A stretch of DNA of 64,000 nt from Clostridium sp. CAG:524 (GTDB lineage Bacteria; Bacillota_I; Bacilli_A; RF39; UBA660), in NCBI GenBank assembly GCA_000434555.1, contig FR880118.1, positions 133,885 through 197,884 on the forward strand. Direction: 5' to 3'. Shown here one piece after another: positions 50,813 to 61,075 of this stretch. Each line of letters starts with the position of its first letter. The first letter of the stretch is position 1. The notes below the pieces were generated by a model. It did not search any database. It had not been told where the DNA came from and saw only the letters and a list, made by a program, of their open reading frames with translations. The position numbers and the translations under genes were made by a program.

Positions 50813-51263
50813 TTCTTTTATAGAATTTAATCTTAAGATACATTTCTTAATGATTGAAGGAGTATGTGCATAAGTATCAGCATATTATTCTTTCAATCTT
50901 TTTATTATTTTAGATATAATTATTTTTATATGAAAAGAAAGCGATTAATATTAATCATTAACCGCTTAAAGTTTTTAGAAATGTGTATGTTATCTTTAAA
51001 GTTTTTAGTTTTACATTAATTTTCTTATATCTTATATCTTTTTTATATCTATATGCATTCCTCCTTCACTGTCTTTAATGATACTATTCATTTGTTAAAG
51101 AATTGTGAAAAGTTAATATAATTTACGTAAAATATATGATATATTATTTGTAGATGGTAGATATATGAAGAAATTAAACTATAAAAAGATTTTAATAATG
51201 ATATTATTAGTGATATTACTTTGACTAAACGTATAAATTATATATAAATTAATATATTTTAAA

Positions 51264-51300
51264 AGATGTAGATTAAATTTTTCTACATCTTTTTTATTTT
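51264..51300. terminator. Bidirectional rho-independent terminator between convergent murE and phosphoketolase genes
   Basis: AGATGTAGA-N9-TCTACATCT hairpin followed by TTTTTTATTTT on the plus strand. Overlaps the 3' end of the minus-strand xfp ORF. Confidence 0.5.
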
Positions 51301-53641
51301 ACCATTTCCAATTCTTTATTTCAGGCATATCTTCTCCATATTCTTTAATGTATTCTTTATGTTCTATAAGTTTATTTTTACACCATTCATTTAATGCAGA
51401 AGATTTATCACCTAATTTATCAAGATATTTTAATGCATCTATTACTAAATTATATCTATCTAATTTATTTTGTACTTTCATATCAAATGTTGTTGTTATA
51501 GTTCCCTCTTCTAAGTAACCATGAACATGCATATTTTGATTATGTCTTTTATATGTAAGTTCGTGTATTAGATTAGGATATCCATGAAATGCGAATATAA
51601 TTGGTTTATCTTTTGTAAACAAGTTATCATATTCAGCATTTTCTAATCCATGAGGATGATTTTCATGACTCTGTAATTTCATTAAATCAACGACATTTAT
51701 AAATCTTATTTTTAAGTCACTAAAGTTTTCTCTTAATATTTTAGTAGCTGCTAGTGCTTCAATAGTTGGTGTTTCTCCAGCACATGCCATTACAAGGTCA
51801 GGTTCACATCCATCATCATTACTAGCAAAATCCCATCTACCAAGTCCTTTAGTACAATGCTTTATCGCATCACTCATATTTAACCATTGAGGGCGTGGAT
51901 GTTTTGATGCCACTATTACATTAATATAATTTTTACTTCTAATACAATGATCAAAACAAGATATTAACGTATTAGTATCAGGTGGCAAATATATTCTAAC
52001 TATATCTGCTTTTTTAGTAACAATATGATTTAAAAATCCTGGGTCTTGATGAGTAAATCCATTATGATCTTGCTGCCATACATATGAACTTAATATAAAG
52101 TTTAATGATGAAATATCTCTTCTCCATGGTAAATCTTTTGCTACTTTTAACCATTTTGCATGTTGACTTGCCATTGAATCAACTATTCTAATGAATGCTT
52201 CATAACTATGAATAAATCCATGTCTACCTGTTAATAAATATCCTTCAAGCATTCCTTCACATAAGTGTTCACTTAATACTGAATCTATTACTCTTCCATA
52301 TGGACTAATAAATTCATCATTATCATATCTAATTCCATTCCATTGTCTATTAGTTGCTTCAAATACATGATTAAGTCTATTTGAAAGTGCTTCATCTGGA
52401 CCAAATATTCTAAAGTTCTTTTTATTTTCATTTAATTTAATAATGTCTCTTATGAAATATCCAAGTTCCATCATATCTTGACTTATTGTTTCACCTGGAT
52501 TTTTAACTTCAACTCCATAACCTCTAAAATCAGGAATATTTAATTCTTCAAGTAGTAGTCCACCATTCGCATGAGGATTCATTCCCATACGATGATTTCC
52601 TTTAGGTGCAAGTTCTTTTAATTCTTTTTTAAGTGTTCCATTTTCATCGAATAATTCTTCAGGTTTATAACTTCTAAGCCATGCTTCTAATATTTCTAAG
52701 TTTTCTGGATGTTCTTTATTTACCACTACTGGTACTTGATGACTTCTAAATGTTCCTTCAACTTGTAAATCATTTACAAATTTAGGTCCACCCCAACCTT
52801 TAGGTGTTTTTAATATTATCATTGGAAAAGTAGCTCTTTTATTAAGTCTTGTTTTACTTTTAATAATTTTAATTTCTTCAATACATCTGTCTAATGTTCT
52901 AGCCATTAATTCATGTATTTTAGCAGTAGATGATGCCTCTACTACATAAGGATTCCAGCCACATCCTTCAAAATATTTAATAAGTTCATCTTCTGGAATT
53001 CTTGAATATATAGTTGGATTAGCAATTTTATATCCATTTAAATGTAATATTGGAAGAACTATTCCATCAGTAAGTGGATTTATTATTTTATTTAAGTGCC
53101 ATGAGGCTGCGAGTGGTCCTGTTTCTGCTTCTCCATCTCCTACTACACAAGCAGCAATTAAATCAGGATTATCAAGAACTGCTCCAAAAGCATGAGATAA
53201 AGAATATCCAAGTTCTCCACCCTCGTTTATACTTCCTGGAGTTTCTGGTGCTACATGTGAACTAATTCCACCTGGAAAACTAAATTGTTTGAATAATTTT
53301 TTCATTCCGTCAATGTCTTCCGTAATACTAGGATATATTTCACTATAACTTCCTTCAAGATAAGTATTCGCAACCATTGCTTGACCACCATGGCCTGGTC
53401 CTGAAATATATATCATATCTAAATTATATTTTTTAATAATTCTATTTAAATGCACATAAACAAAATTTTGACCTGGTGCTGTTCCCCAATGTCCTACTAC
53501 ATTTGGTTTAATTTGATCAAGTGTTAATTTTTCCCTTAACAGTGGATTATCTTTTAAATAAAGTTGTCCTACTGAAAGATAATTAGCCGCTCTTAAATAT
53601 GCATTAATATTTTTTAATTCCCTATCACTTAGTGTTTTCAT
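51299..53641 (-). CDS. xfp: Xylulose-5-phosphate/fructose-6-phosphate phosphoketolase
   Basis: [32 protein letters not shown] (TPP-binding) and full-length 780-aa collinearity with Xfp/XpkA. Confidence 0.95.
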   Translation of the reverse strand: MKTLSDRELKNINAYLRAANYLSVGQLYLKDNPLLREKLTLDQIKPNVVGHWGTAPGQNFVYVHLNRIIKKYNLDMIYISGPGHGGQAMVANTYLEGSYSEIYPSITEDIDGMKKLFKQFSFPGGISSHVAPETPGSINEGGELGYSLSHAFGAVLDNPDLIAACVVGDGEAETGPLAASWHLNKIINPLTDGIVLPILHLNGYKIANPTIYSRIPEDELIKYFEGCGWNPYVVEASSTAKIHELMARTLDRCIEEIKIIKSKTRLNKRATFPMIILKTPKGWGGPKFVNDLQVEGTFRSHQVPVVVNKEHPENLEILEAWLRSYKPEELFDENGTLKKELKELAPKGNHRMGMNPHANGGLLLEELNIPDFRGYGVEVKNPGETISQDMMELGYFIRDIIKLNENKKNFRIFGPDEALSNRLNHVFEATNRQWNGIRYDNDEFISPYGRVIDSVLSEHLCEGMLEGYLLTGRHGFIHSYEAFIRIVDSMASQHAKWLKVAKDLPWRRDISSLNFILSSYVWQQDHNGFTHQDPGFLNHIVTKKADIVRIYLPPDTNTLISCFDHCIRSKNYINVIVASKHPRPQWLNMSDAIKHCTKGLGRWDFASNDDGCEPDLVMACAGETPTIEALAATKILRENFSDLKIRFINVVDLMKLQSHENHPHGLENAEYDNLFTKDKPIIFAFHGYPNLIHELTYKRHNQNMHVHGYLEEGTITTTFDMKVQNKLDRYNLVIDALKYLDKLGDKSSALNEWCKNKLIEHKEYIKEYGEDMPEIKNWKW

Positions 53642-53709
53642 TTTTCCTCCTATTATCTATATATATTTTACAATAATTAAGGTCAAAAAAAAAGATATTG
53701 TTATTTGTT

Positions 53710-54162
53710 TTACAATACTCTTTCGCATAAATCTTCATATTTACTTCCATGAGGTGTTATTATGAATTGTCTTGTATCTTCATCAACCATCTTTATCTTA
53801 ATATCAAGTCTATTTTTTGGTAAAATATCTTCAATTAAATCAGCCCATTCTATGATGCATACACCCCTTTTAGTGAAATATTCTTCTATTCCTATATCTT
53901 GTTTAGTATCACTTAAACGATATACATCCATGTGAAATAATTTCATCTCAGCATTATCATATTCTTTAATGATATTAAATGTTGGAGATGTTATGTTTTC
54001 ATTAATACCTAATGCTAAAGCAAAAGCCTTTGTGAAAACAGTTTTTCCACTTCCAAGGTCTCCTATAAGACAAATAACCATATTAGGAAATTTTTCTGAC
54101 TCAATATTTTGTGCTAATTCCATTGTCTCATCTTCGGAATAAGTTGTAATTTTATATTGCAT
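53710..54162 (-). CDS. tsaE: tRNA threonylcarbamoyladenosine biosynthesis protein TsaE
   Basis: LIGDLGSGKTVFTKAFA (Walker A), SPTFNIIKEY, HMDVYRL motifs of the YjeE/TsaE family. Start moved to the MQYKI ATG with GGTGA RBS. Confidence 0.8.
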   Translation of the reverse strand: MQYKITTYSEDETMELAQNIESEKFPNMVICLIGDLGSGKTVFTKAFALALGINENITSPTFNIIKEYDNAEMKLFHMDVYRLSDTKQDIGIEEYFTKRGVCIIEWADLIEDILPKNRLDIKIKMVDEDTRQFIITPHGSKYEDLCERVL

Positions 54163-54288
54163 TTGTATCACCATATTTATTGTAACATTAAAAAATAAAT
54201 ATATACAATAGTTTTTAGTCATTTTACATTATTATTATATTTGTCTATACAATAGACTTATTTATTACATACAATAGTCTAGGAGGAA

Positions 54289-54795
54289 ATGATAAAAATG
54301 TTATATGATGAAACAAATAACAAATATGATTTAGATTATAATGAAATCTATGATTATGAATATGATATAGATAAGGTTGTTAATAAGAATAGTTATAATG
54401 ATGTAGATATTAATATAGATAGTATTAATTTTAATAGAGATAATAGTTTATACTCACCTATGGAAGGATTTAATAAAGGTAACATGTTTAAAAATTTATA
54501 CTCAAAGTATAAAAATCATATATATAAATTAAGAGTTAACAGTAAAAAAGATGAGTTATTATATAATATTCAAATGTATAGTTTTGCAATGAAAGATATG
54601 AATCTTTATTTAGATATTTATCCTGATGATAAAAATATTTTAAATAGTTTTCATGATTATAGAAAGAAGTATGAGGTACTTAAAAAACAATATGAAAGTG
54701 AATATGGTCCGCTATGCATGAGTAATACACTTAATACTGAAAAATGGACCTGGGTAAGTAATCCTTGGCCATGGGATAAAGGAGGTAACAATTAA
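54289..54795 (+). CDS. cotJB: CotJB-like spore coat protein with N-terminal extension
   Basis: C-terminal MKDMNLYLDIYPDDKNILNSFHDYRKKYEVLKKQYESEYGPL matches the CotJB core (LYLDTHPDD...). Gene immediately precedes and abuts cotJC. N-terminal 80 aa may correspond to a fused CotJA-like segment. Confidence 0.5.
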   Translation: MIKMLYDETNNKYDLDYNEIYDYEYDIDKVVNKNSYNDVDINIDSINFNRDNSLYSPMEGFNKGNMFKNLYSKYKNHIYKLRVNSKKDELLYNIQMYSFAMKDMNLYLDIYPDDKNILNSFHDYRKKYEVLKKQYESEYGPLCMSNTLNTEKWTWVSNPWPWDKGGNN

Positions 54796-55352
54796 TGTTT
54801 AAATATGAAAAGACACTGGAGTATCCTGTTAATGTTAGAAAAAAAGATTTAAAAATGGCTAAACTTTTAGTGGCTCAATTTGGTGGTCCAGATGGTGAAC
54901 TTGGTGCTTCACTTCGTTATTTAACTCAAAGATTCAGTATGCCAGATGATAGAGGTAAAGCATTACTTACTGATATTGGTTGTGAAGAACTTGGACATGT
55001 TGAAATGATATGTACAATGATACATCAATTAATCGAAGGTGCTTCTGTTGATGAAATTAAAAATGCTGGGCTTGAATCTTGGTATACACAGCATAATAAA
55101 GGCGTTTATCCAATGGATGCTAGTGGTGTTCCATTTACAGCTGCTTATATAGCATCAACTGGTAACCCAATCGTTGACTTGCAAGAAGACCTTGCCGCTG
55201 AAGAAAAAGCAAGAGCGACATATGAAAACTTAATGGACTTAACAAATGATGAGAGTTTACTTGCTCCACTATCATTCTTAAGACAAAGAGAAGTAGTTCA
55301 TTATACAAGATTTAAAGAATTACTAGATTATTACAAGAAAAAAGGATATTAA
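54795..55352 (+). CDS. cotJC: Spore coat protein CotJC (manganese-catalase family)
   Basis: MFKYEKTLEYPVNVRKKDLKMAKLLVAQFGGPDGELGASLRYLTQRFSMPDD...LLTDIGCEELGHVEMI aligns with B. subtilis CotJC along its length. Confidence 0.8.
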   Translation: MFKYEKTLEYPVNVRKKDLKMAKLLVAQFGGPDGELGASLRYLTQRFSMPDDRGKALLTDIGCEELGHVEMICTMIHQLIEGASVDEIKNAGLESWYTQHNKGVYPMDASGVPFTAAYIASTGNPIVDLQEDLAAEEKARATYENLMDLTNDESLLAPLSFLRQREVVHYTRFKELLDYYKKKGY

Positions 55353-55386
55353 TTTTTTATTATTAAACTTCACTTATGTGAGGTTT

Positions 55387-56085
55387 TTATATGTTCTTTT
55401 TCTTAAATATCCTAATTCCAATAATGGTAAATAATGTACTATAAAATAATAATATTGGTATACCAAGTTTTAATGACAAATTAATATCATATAACTGATT
55501 TATCGTATCTATTAAATTATTCTTATAATAGCTTAAATCTATATATGGTAAAAATGTATATTTAACAATGTTAATATCTTTAGAAAGTAATAGTTCAGTT
55601 ATAGTAATTCCAAATGTTAATAACAATATACTTATTCCTGATGTAATACTTCTATTCTTAATAAATGTACTTAATAACATTATAATTGTTGATATAAATA
55701 CTAACGAAATGCTAGTTATAAAGAAGTTATTAACATTTTTTACATCTACTTTCAATATAATGTGGATAAGTAATGTATATATTAACAATTCAAAAGTAAA
55801 AATTATAATTGTTAACAATTTTGATATATAAATTTTAGTTCTATTAACAGGCTTTGTTAAATAAAATCTAAAAGTACCAGAATCTATTTCTTCACTAATG
55901 ATACCACTAAATAATATTGATATAATTATTCCTATAAAAGGTATAAGAGTAAACATATTATCCATACTTATTTTTTCATTGTTAATAAAATAGTTAATGA
56001 TGATTATAATTGTTAATACAATAAATGATATAAATTGCTTTTTAAATCCTAGTTTTATAAATTCATTTTTAATTAGATTTATCAT
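55387..56085 (-). CDS. ABC-2 family transporter permease
   Basis: Six TM helices, 232 aa. Overlaps the preceding ABC ATPase gene by 17 nt. Confidence 0.6.
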   Translation of the reverse strand: MINLIKNEFIKLGFKKQFISFIVLTIIIIINYFINNEKISMDNMFTLIPFIGIIISILFSGIISEEIDSGTFRFYLTKPVNRTKIYISKLLTIIIFTFELLIYTLLIHIILKVDVKNVNNFFITSISLVFISTIIMLLSTFIKNRSITSGISILLLTFGITITELLLSKDINIVKYTFLPYIDLSYYKNNLIDTINQLYDINLSLKLGIPILLFYSTLFTIIGIRIFKKKNI

Positions 56086-56950
56086 TATTACCTAACATTT
56101 CAAAAAATTCTTCTTCAAGTTTATTATTCTTTTCACTTATTCTATATACTTTTATATCATTATTTACTAGTTTTTTATTTAACTCGCTTATTATTTTATC
56201 ATTTTCATACACTTCTAATTTTTCATTAATACAATAATCATTTAAAAGTAATGTTGCTTTAGAATAATCATCTACTTCAAATACCACATTCTTTTTATCA
56301 CTTCTTTGTTTCATTTTTATCTTTTGTATTTTACCATTGTTAATAAATATTATTTTATTGCATAAGTCTTCTATTTCATTTAACATATGTGATGAGATTA
56401 TTATTGTAGTATCTTTTAAATCTTTTAAGATGTTCATTACCTTTTTAATGCCTTCTGTATCAAGACCATTAGTTGGTTCATCAAGTATTAATATTTTAGG
56501 TTTATTAATTAAGGATGATGCGATTGCTAACCTTTCTTTCATACCAAGTGAATATGTTTTAAATTTCTTACCTAGGTATTTTTCCATTTCCAATATTCTT
56601 ACTATTTCTTCAATTGTTTCTTCATTAACACCTTTAAACATTGTTTTAAATAGTTCCAAATTCTTTTTACCAGATAATGTTTTATACATATCAGGTGTTT
56701 CAATTATTGTACCTACGATTGACATAGCTTTTTCATAATCATATTTAAGGTTATAGTCATAATATATAATATTTCCTTCATCAATCGTATATAGTCCTGT
56801 CATTAATTTAAGTAGAGTTGATTTACCTGCTCCATTTTTACCAACAAGACCAATTATTTCTCCTTCATAAGCATCAAAACTGATATTATCAAGTATCTTT
56901 TTACCTCCTATTTCTTTACTAACATTTCTTACTGTTATTGATTTTTTCAT
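56069..56950 (-). CDS. ABC transporter ATP-binding protein
   Basis: Walker A GKNGAGKSTLLK, signature YSLGMKERL, Walker B ILILDEPTNGLD, H-loop SSHML. Confidence 0.85.
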   Translation of the reverse strand: MKKSITVRNVSKEIGGKKILDNISFDAYEGEIIGLVGKNGAGKSTLLKLMTGLYTIDEGNIIYYDYNLKYDYEKAMSIVGTIIETPDMYKTLSGKKNLELFKTMFKGVNEETIEEIVRILEMEKYLGKKFKTYSLGMKERLAIASSLINKPKILILDEPTNGLDTEGIKKVMNILKDLKDTTIIISSHMLNEIEDLCNKIIFINNGKIQKIKMKQRSDKKNVVFEVDDYSKATLLLNDYCINEKLEVYENDKIISELNKKLVNNDIKVYRISEKNNKLEEEFFEMLGNNDKSN

Positions 56951-57130
56951 AAATCCCTCCTTCGTTTAAATGGAGTATATATGATTTTAAAATAGTATGC
57001 AAATCGGTAAAATTCAATTTTAAGGTAGTTTTTTATAGTGAAAATTCAATTATTTCCTAGAAGATTTTTAAGTTTTCAGTATAGTTTTTATACTCATTTT
57101 TAAATTTTACACTTTTTTCAAGAAATTTAA

Positions 57131-57154
57131 AAAACTTACAATTAAGTAAGTTTT
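57131..57154 (-). terminator. Terminator hairpin overlapping the stop of the AAA+ gene
   Basis: AAAACTTAC-AATTAA-GTAAGTTTT, followed on the minus strand by TTAAATTTCTT. Confidence 0.4.
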
Positions 57155-58142
57155 ACATATCATTTAAATCAACATTTTCTTCAGCAATTAAATCTTTAAA
57201 CATTTCTTTGAATTGCGCTATTGCTTTAACTTTAGCATCTTCATAAACAACTTTTGTTCTACATATTGCTTTATAGAAATGTTTTATTTTAACTGTATCA
57301 CTATTTTCATATAATGCCATTGAAAATGCACTCATGACTATTGTTAATGCTATATCTGGATATCTATTACCTATCTCGTATATTCTTTTATATTCATCTG
57401 TCATATCAACAATGAATTTAAATAATTTTTCACGAATAAAGTCTGTATATCCGATTTTTATTCCTGTTCTTTTTTCATACTTTGGATAAGTACCCATCAA
57501 AATATCAACACATTGTTCTTGAGTAGGCTCAAGTACATCAACTTTTAAAAAACGTCTTAAGAAGGCTCTATCTCTTAAAATATATGCTTCATATTCTTCA
57601 TAAGTAGTCGCACCAATCATTTTGATATCTCCACGGTCAAGACCTGGTTTTAACATGTTGGCAAAGTCTATACTCATATTAGCAGTATTTCTATTAACAA
57701 GTAAGTGAACTTCATCTATGAATAATAATATATTCTTTTTAGTTTTAAGCTCATCAACTAATAATTGAAGTCTGTTTTCTGTTTGACCATCTTCCATTTT
57801 AGTTTCACCAAGTAATGATGTGATATTAACTTTAATAAGTTGATATGGTTTTAATGCATTTGGAATATTTCCATTTACCATTCTATATCCTATACCTTCA
57901 ACAATCGCAGTTTTACCTACACCAGCTTTACCTACTAATAAAGCACTCTTTTCTGGAGTTAAAAGTATTTCAATAGTTTGCTCTATTTCTTTTTCTCTAC
58001 CAATCGCAGGATTAGTTACATATTCTTTTTTACTTAAGTTTTCACCATAAGTATCAAGAATACTCATCTTTTTAACTCTTTCTTCTGCTGCTGAAAGTGG
58101 CTTCTTTTCTTCAAATTCCATAAATTCCATATCTTTATTCAT
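57153..58142 (-). CDS. Stand-alone Clp/Hsp100-type AAA+ D1-domain protein (no N-domain, no D2)
   Basis: [55 protein letters not shown]...[10 protein letters not shown]...[22 protein letters not shown] is collinear with the ClpC/ClpB D1 module (IGR..EI.R.I..L.RR.K.NPVLIGEPGVGKTAI.EGLAQ.I....VP..L). Confidence 0.7.
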   Translation of the reverse strand: MNKDMEFMEFEEKKPLSAAEERVKKMSILDTYGENLSKKEYVTNPAIGREKEIEQTIEILLTPEKSALLVGKAGVGKTAIVEGIGYRMVNGNIPNALKPYQLIKVNITSLLGETKMEDGQTENRLQLLVDELKTKKNILLFIDEVHLLVNRNTANMSIDFANMLKPGLDRGDIKMIGATTYEEYEAYILRDRAFLRRFLKVDVLEPTQEQCVDILMGTYPKYEKRTGIKIGYTDFIREKLFKFIVDMTDEYKRIYEIGNRYPDIALTIVMSAFSMALYENSDTVKIKHFYKAICRTKVVYEDAKVKAIAQFKEMFKDLIAEENVDLNDM

Positions 58143-58203
58143 ACTTCATCCTCTTTTTTCATATTAATTTTATCAATTTTTGAAATAAAAGTCCATATTT
58201 TTA

Positions 58204-58232
58204 TTGACAAATATAATTTATTAATCTATAAT
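58204..58232 (+). promoter_or_regulatory. Consensus sigma-A promoter for tRNA-Asn
   Basis: TTGACA (58204-58209) + 17 nt + TATAAT (58227-58232), 13 nt before the tRNA 5' end. Confidence 0.6.
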
Positions 58233-58245
58233 TATTTATGCAAGT

Positions 58246-58321
58246 GCCTGATTAGCTCAGTCGGTAGAGCAAACGGCTGTTAACCGTTGGGTCGCAGGTT
58301 CGAGTCCTGCATCAGGCGCCA
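58246..58321 (+). tRNA. tRNA-Asn (anticodon GUU), CCA-encoded
   Basis: GCCTGAT...ATCAGGC acceptor stem. D-arm GCTCAGTCGGTAGAGC. Anticodon stem AACGG/CCGTT with loop CTGTTAA. T-arm GCAGGTTCGAGTCCTGC. 3' GCCA. Confidence 0.9.
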
Positions 58322-58331
58322 TTTGCAAATC

Positions 58332-58358
58332 AAACTCAAGGTTAAACTTGAGTTTTTT
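58332..58358 (+). terminator. Rho-independent terminator after tRNA-Asn (also serves convergent feoB)
   Basis: AAACTCAAG-GTTAAA-CTTGAGTTT followed by TTTTTT. Confidence 0.55.
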
Positions 58359-58369
58359 CTTTTATAAAA

Positions 58370-60337
58370 TTATATTAATAAATTAAGTATTGTTAAAAAT
58401 ATTATTCCAAGAAGAAGTGGTACTAAAAAACTATATATCATCCATTTAGTTCCTACTTCTTTTTTTATTGTTAAAAGTGTAGTGCCACAAGGAAAATGCA
58501 TTATTGAAAATAGTATAACATTTATCGCAGTTATAAACGTCCATCCATTATTAATAAATATATTTTTAATATTAACACTTTCAGTAAGTAACGAAATACT
58601 ACTTGTATTCAAGTACCCCATTATCATAATTGGAAGTACTATTTCATTAGCTGGTAATCCAAGTAAGAATGATAAAATAATATTTCCATCCATACCAAGT
58701 AATCTACCAAATGGTTCAAGTATAGTTGACACACCACTAAACACACTTACATTATTAACTTTAATATTTGTCATTAACCATATAATAAGACCAGATGGAA
58801 TAGATACTAGTATTGCTTTTTTTAGTATTGATAATGATTTATATACAAAACTATTCTTAAGTATTCTTGATAATTTTACTTTTTTATAATCAGGCAGTTC
58901 TAATATAAAGAATCCACTATATCCTTTTAATAATGTTTTAGAAAGTATAAATGATGTTAAAAATGATATTATAATTGAAAATAATACAAATAACATAAGA
59001 TAAAATGATACCAATAATTTATTATTACTATTTGTGAAAAACATTGATATAAGAGCAATTATCATTGGAAATCTACCATTGCATGGTATGAATGAATTAG
59101 TTATTATCGCAAGTAATCTATCTCTTTTCGAATCAATTATCCTACTTCCAACTATCGCACAAGCATTACATCCAAATCCAGAACACATAGTTAAAGATTG
59201 TTTACCATGACAATTACAACATTTACATATTCCATCTAGGTTAAATGCTATTCTTGGAAGTATACCTGTTTCTTCAGCATAAGTAAATAAGAAAAAGAAT
59301 ATAACAAGAGGTGGAAACATAACAGATATAATATATGTAACTATTCTATATATTCCAAATAACAATGGTTCATATATAAATTTAGGAATACTATCCTTAC
59401 ATAAATTGTATAAAATACCTTCTATCCATGAAAACAATTTACTAAGTAAATCACTAGGATAATTCGCAAGTACAATTGTTATTAAAAATATACCAAACAT
59501 AATCAAACATAAAGATAAAATACAATATAATTTTTTTGAAAATATCTTATCAAGTTTAGACATCTCTTTATCTTTAACATTTATTGTTTCTTTAGAAATA
59601 GATGATGAAATTGAATTTAATTTAATAGATATTTCATTAGATACTTCTTCACTATTAATACTTCTTAAATAATAAGATAATTCTTTATCAATAATATTTA
59701 TTCCATATCTTTCATATATATAATCTACAAGTGATGTATCATTTTCAAGTACTTTTATAGCAATAAATCTATTATTAAAATACTTTGGTAATAATGATTC
59801 AACTTTACTTATCTTTTCTTCTAAACATTCACTATAATAAAAATTATAATTAGAATATGTGTCTTCACTTAAAGAATTTATTAATTCATTAATACCAATT
59901 TTATTTTTGGTTGAACACTTAATTATCTTAATATTTAAAATGCTTTCTAATTTTTTATAATCAATATTTATACCCTTTTCTTCTACTTCATCTATCATAT
60001 TTATACATAGTATTACGTTCCTATTGATTTGTAATATCTGTAATAATAAATTAAGATTCTTTTCTATACTAGACGCATCACATACATATATTATCTTTTC
60101 ATAATCATCAAATAATAATGTATTTTTAGTTATCTTTTCTTCATCACTTAAATCACTTAAAGAATATATTCCAGGTAAATCTACTAAAGTATAATGTGTT
60201 TTCTTAATCTTTTTACTTGCAAGTTCAACTGTCTTACCTGTCCAGTTACCAGTATGTTCATGTGAATGAGTAAGTATATTAAATAGTGATGATTTTCCTA
60301 CATTAGGATTACCACATAAAAGTATATTCTCATTCAT
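58370..60337 (-). CDS. feoB: Ferrous iron transporter FeoB
   Basis: N-terminal G-domain MNENILLCGNPNVGKSSLFNILT (G1), DLPGIYSL (G3). Followed by a polytopic membrane domain with the Gate-motif region. 655 aa. Confidence 0.9.
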   Translation of the reverse strand: MNENILLCGNPNVGKSSLFNILTHSHEHTGNWTGKTVELASKKIKKTHYTLVDLPGIYSLSDLSDEEKITKNTLLFDDYEKIIYVCDASSIEKNLNLLLQILQINRNVILCINMIDEVEEKGINIDYKKLESILNIKIIKCSTKNKIGINELINSLSEDTYSNYNFYYSECLEEKISKVESLLPKYFNNRFIAIKVLENDTSLVDYIYERYGINIIDKELSYYLRSINSEEVSNEISIKLNSISSSISKETINVKDKEMSKLDKIFSKKLYCILSLCLIMFGIFLITIVLANYPSDLLSKLFSWIEGILYNLCKDSIPKFIYEPLLFGIYRIVTYIISVMFPPLVIFFFLFTYAEETGILPRIAFNLDGICKCCNCHGKQSLTMCSGFGCNACAIVGSRIIDSKRDRLLAIITNSFIPCNGRFPMIIALISMFFTNSNNKLLVSFYLMLFVLFSIIISFLTSFILSKTLLKGYSGFFILELPDYKKVKLSRILKNSFVYKSLSILKKAILVSIPSGLIIWLMTNIKVNNVSVFSGVSTILEPFGRLLGMDGNIILSFLLGLPANEIVLPIMIMGYLNTSSISLLTESVNIKNIFINNGWTFITAINVILFSIMHFPCGTTLLTIKKEVGTKWMIYSFLVPLLLGIIFLTILNLLI

Positions 60338-60554
60338 ATGATACCTCTATCTTACTAGCATCTTTATCTCTTAATGCTATAAAAGTATTTTTTATCTTAT
60401 AACAAGATGGATCTTTAAATAGTGATGTGAATTTCTTTTCAACAATCTCCCCATCTATAAATCCTAAATCATATAATCTTCTTTTCTTTATACCACTATG
60501 TTTTACATTTTTTATATACGCTTTATCATTTATATTTAAATCATTTAGATTCAT
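60330..60554 (-). CDS. feoA: Ferrous iron transport protein FeoA
   Basis: SH3-like FeoA (LNDLNINDKAYIKNVKHSGIKKRRLYDLGFIDGEIV). Start set at the ATG with GGAGG RBS. Overlaps the feoB start. Confidence 0.75.
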   Translation of the reverse strand: MNLNDLNINDKAYIKNVKHSGIKKRRLYDLGFIDGEIVEKKFTSLFKDPSCYKIKNTFIALRDKDASKIEVSYE

Positions 60555-60623
60555 AAAGTTCCTCCTAACTATAGTAATATATGAATTAATATCTTTTTTT
60601 GACAAATAATCATATTATTTACT

Positions 60624-61004
60624 ATGAATAAGAGTTTCCATGATTTATTTAATACTAATCCTAGATATTCTACTTCTATTAGTTTTATTTTAGGACTTCT
60701 TTTAGTTGATAGTTTAACTGCTCCTGAACAAAATATGCTTGGAAACTGGATTATTTTAATGGGTCAAACAATACTTACTAATGCTGCATCTCAAAATATT
60801 ATTGAATCAAGAATAAGTGGTAATATATTTAATATAAATTCTAAAGAAGTAAAATGTATTTATAATCCACCTGTTTACGATATTAAAAAAATAAAAGAAA
60901 TAATAAAACAAGTTTATCCTAATAGTAGTAATGATGTAGACAAACTAAATGATATGATAAAAGACCTTCAAAAGAAAATTGAAGAACTTAAGAAAAGTGA
61001 ATGA
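60624..61004 (+). CDS. Small hypothetical protein with one TM segment
   Basis: 126 aa, C-terminal coiled coil (DKLNDMIKDLQKKIEELKKSE). No recognised domain. Confidence 0.3.
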   Translation: MNKSFHDLFNTNPRYSTSISFILGLLLVDSLTAPEQNMLGNWIILMGQTILTNAASQNIIESRISGNIFNINSKEVKCIYNPPVYDIKKIKEIIKQVYPNSSNDVDKLNDMIKDLQKKIEELKKSE

Positions 61005-61075
61005 TTTACCTTTTTTAGGATAAATCTATATTTTTTCCTAGAAAAAGCCAAAAGAAAAGTAGAAACATATTCTAC

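Noticed and set aside
50813-51263. Searched the long murE/xfp spacer and other >200-bp spacers (3568-3934, 25789-26020, 45711-45940, 56951-57152) for known riboswitch, T-box or leader structures.
   Set aside because: No recognisable conserved cores (for example T-box AGGGUGGNACCGCG, SAM, TPP or glycine motifs) were seen. Only generic hairpins and promoters.
57153-58142. Considered whether the short Clp-like AAA+ gene is a pseudogene fragment of clpC/clpB.
   Set aside because: The ORF is intact with its own terminator. The 200-bp downstream spacer shows no D2-domain coding remnants in any frame. Kept as a genuine short gene, flagged as a finding.
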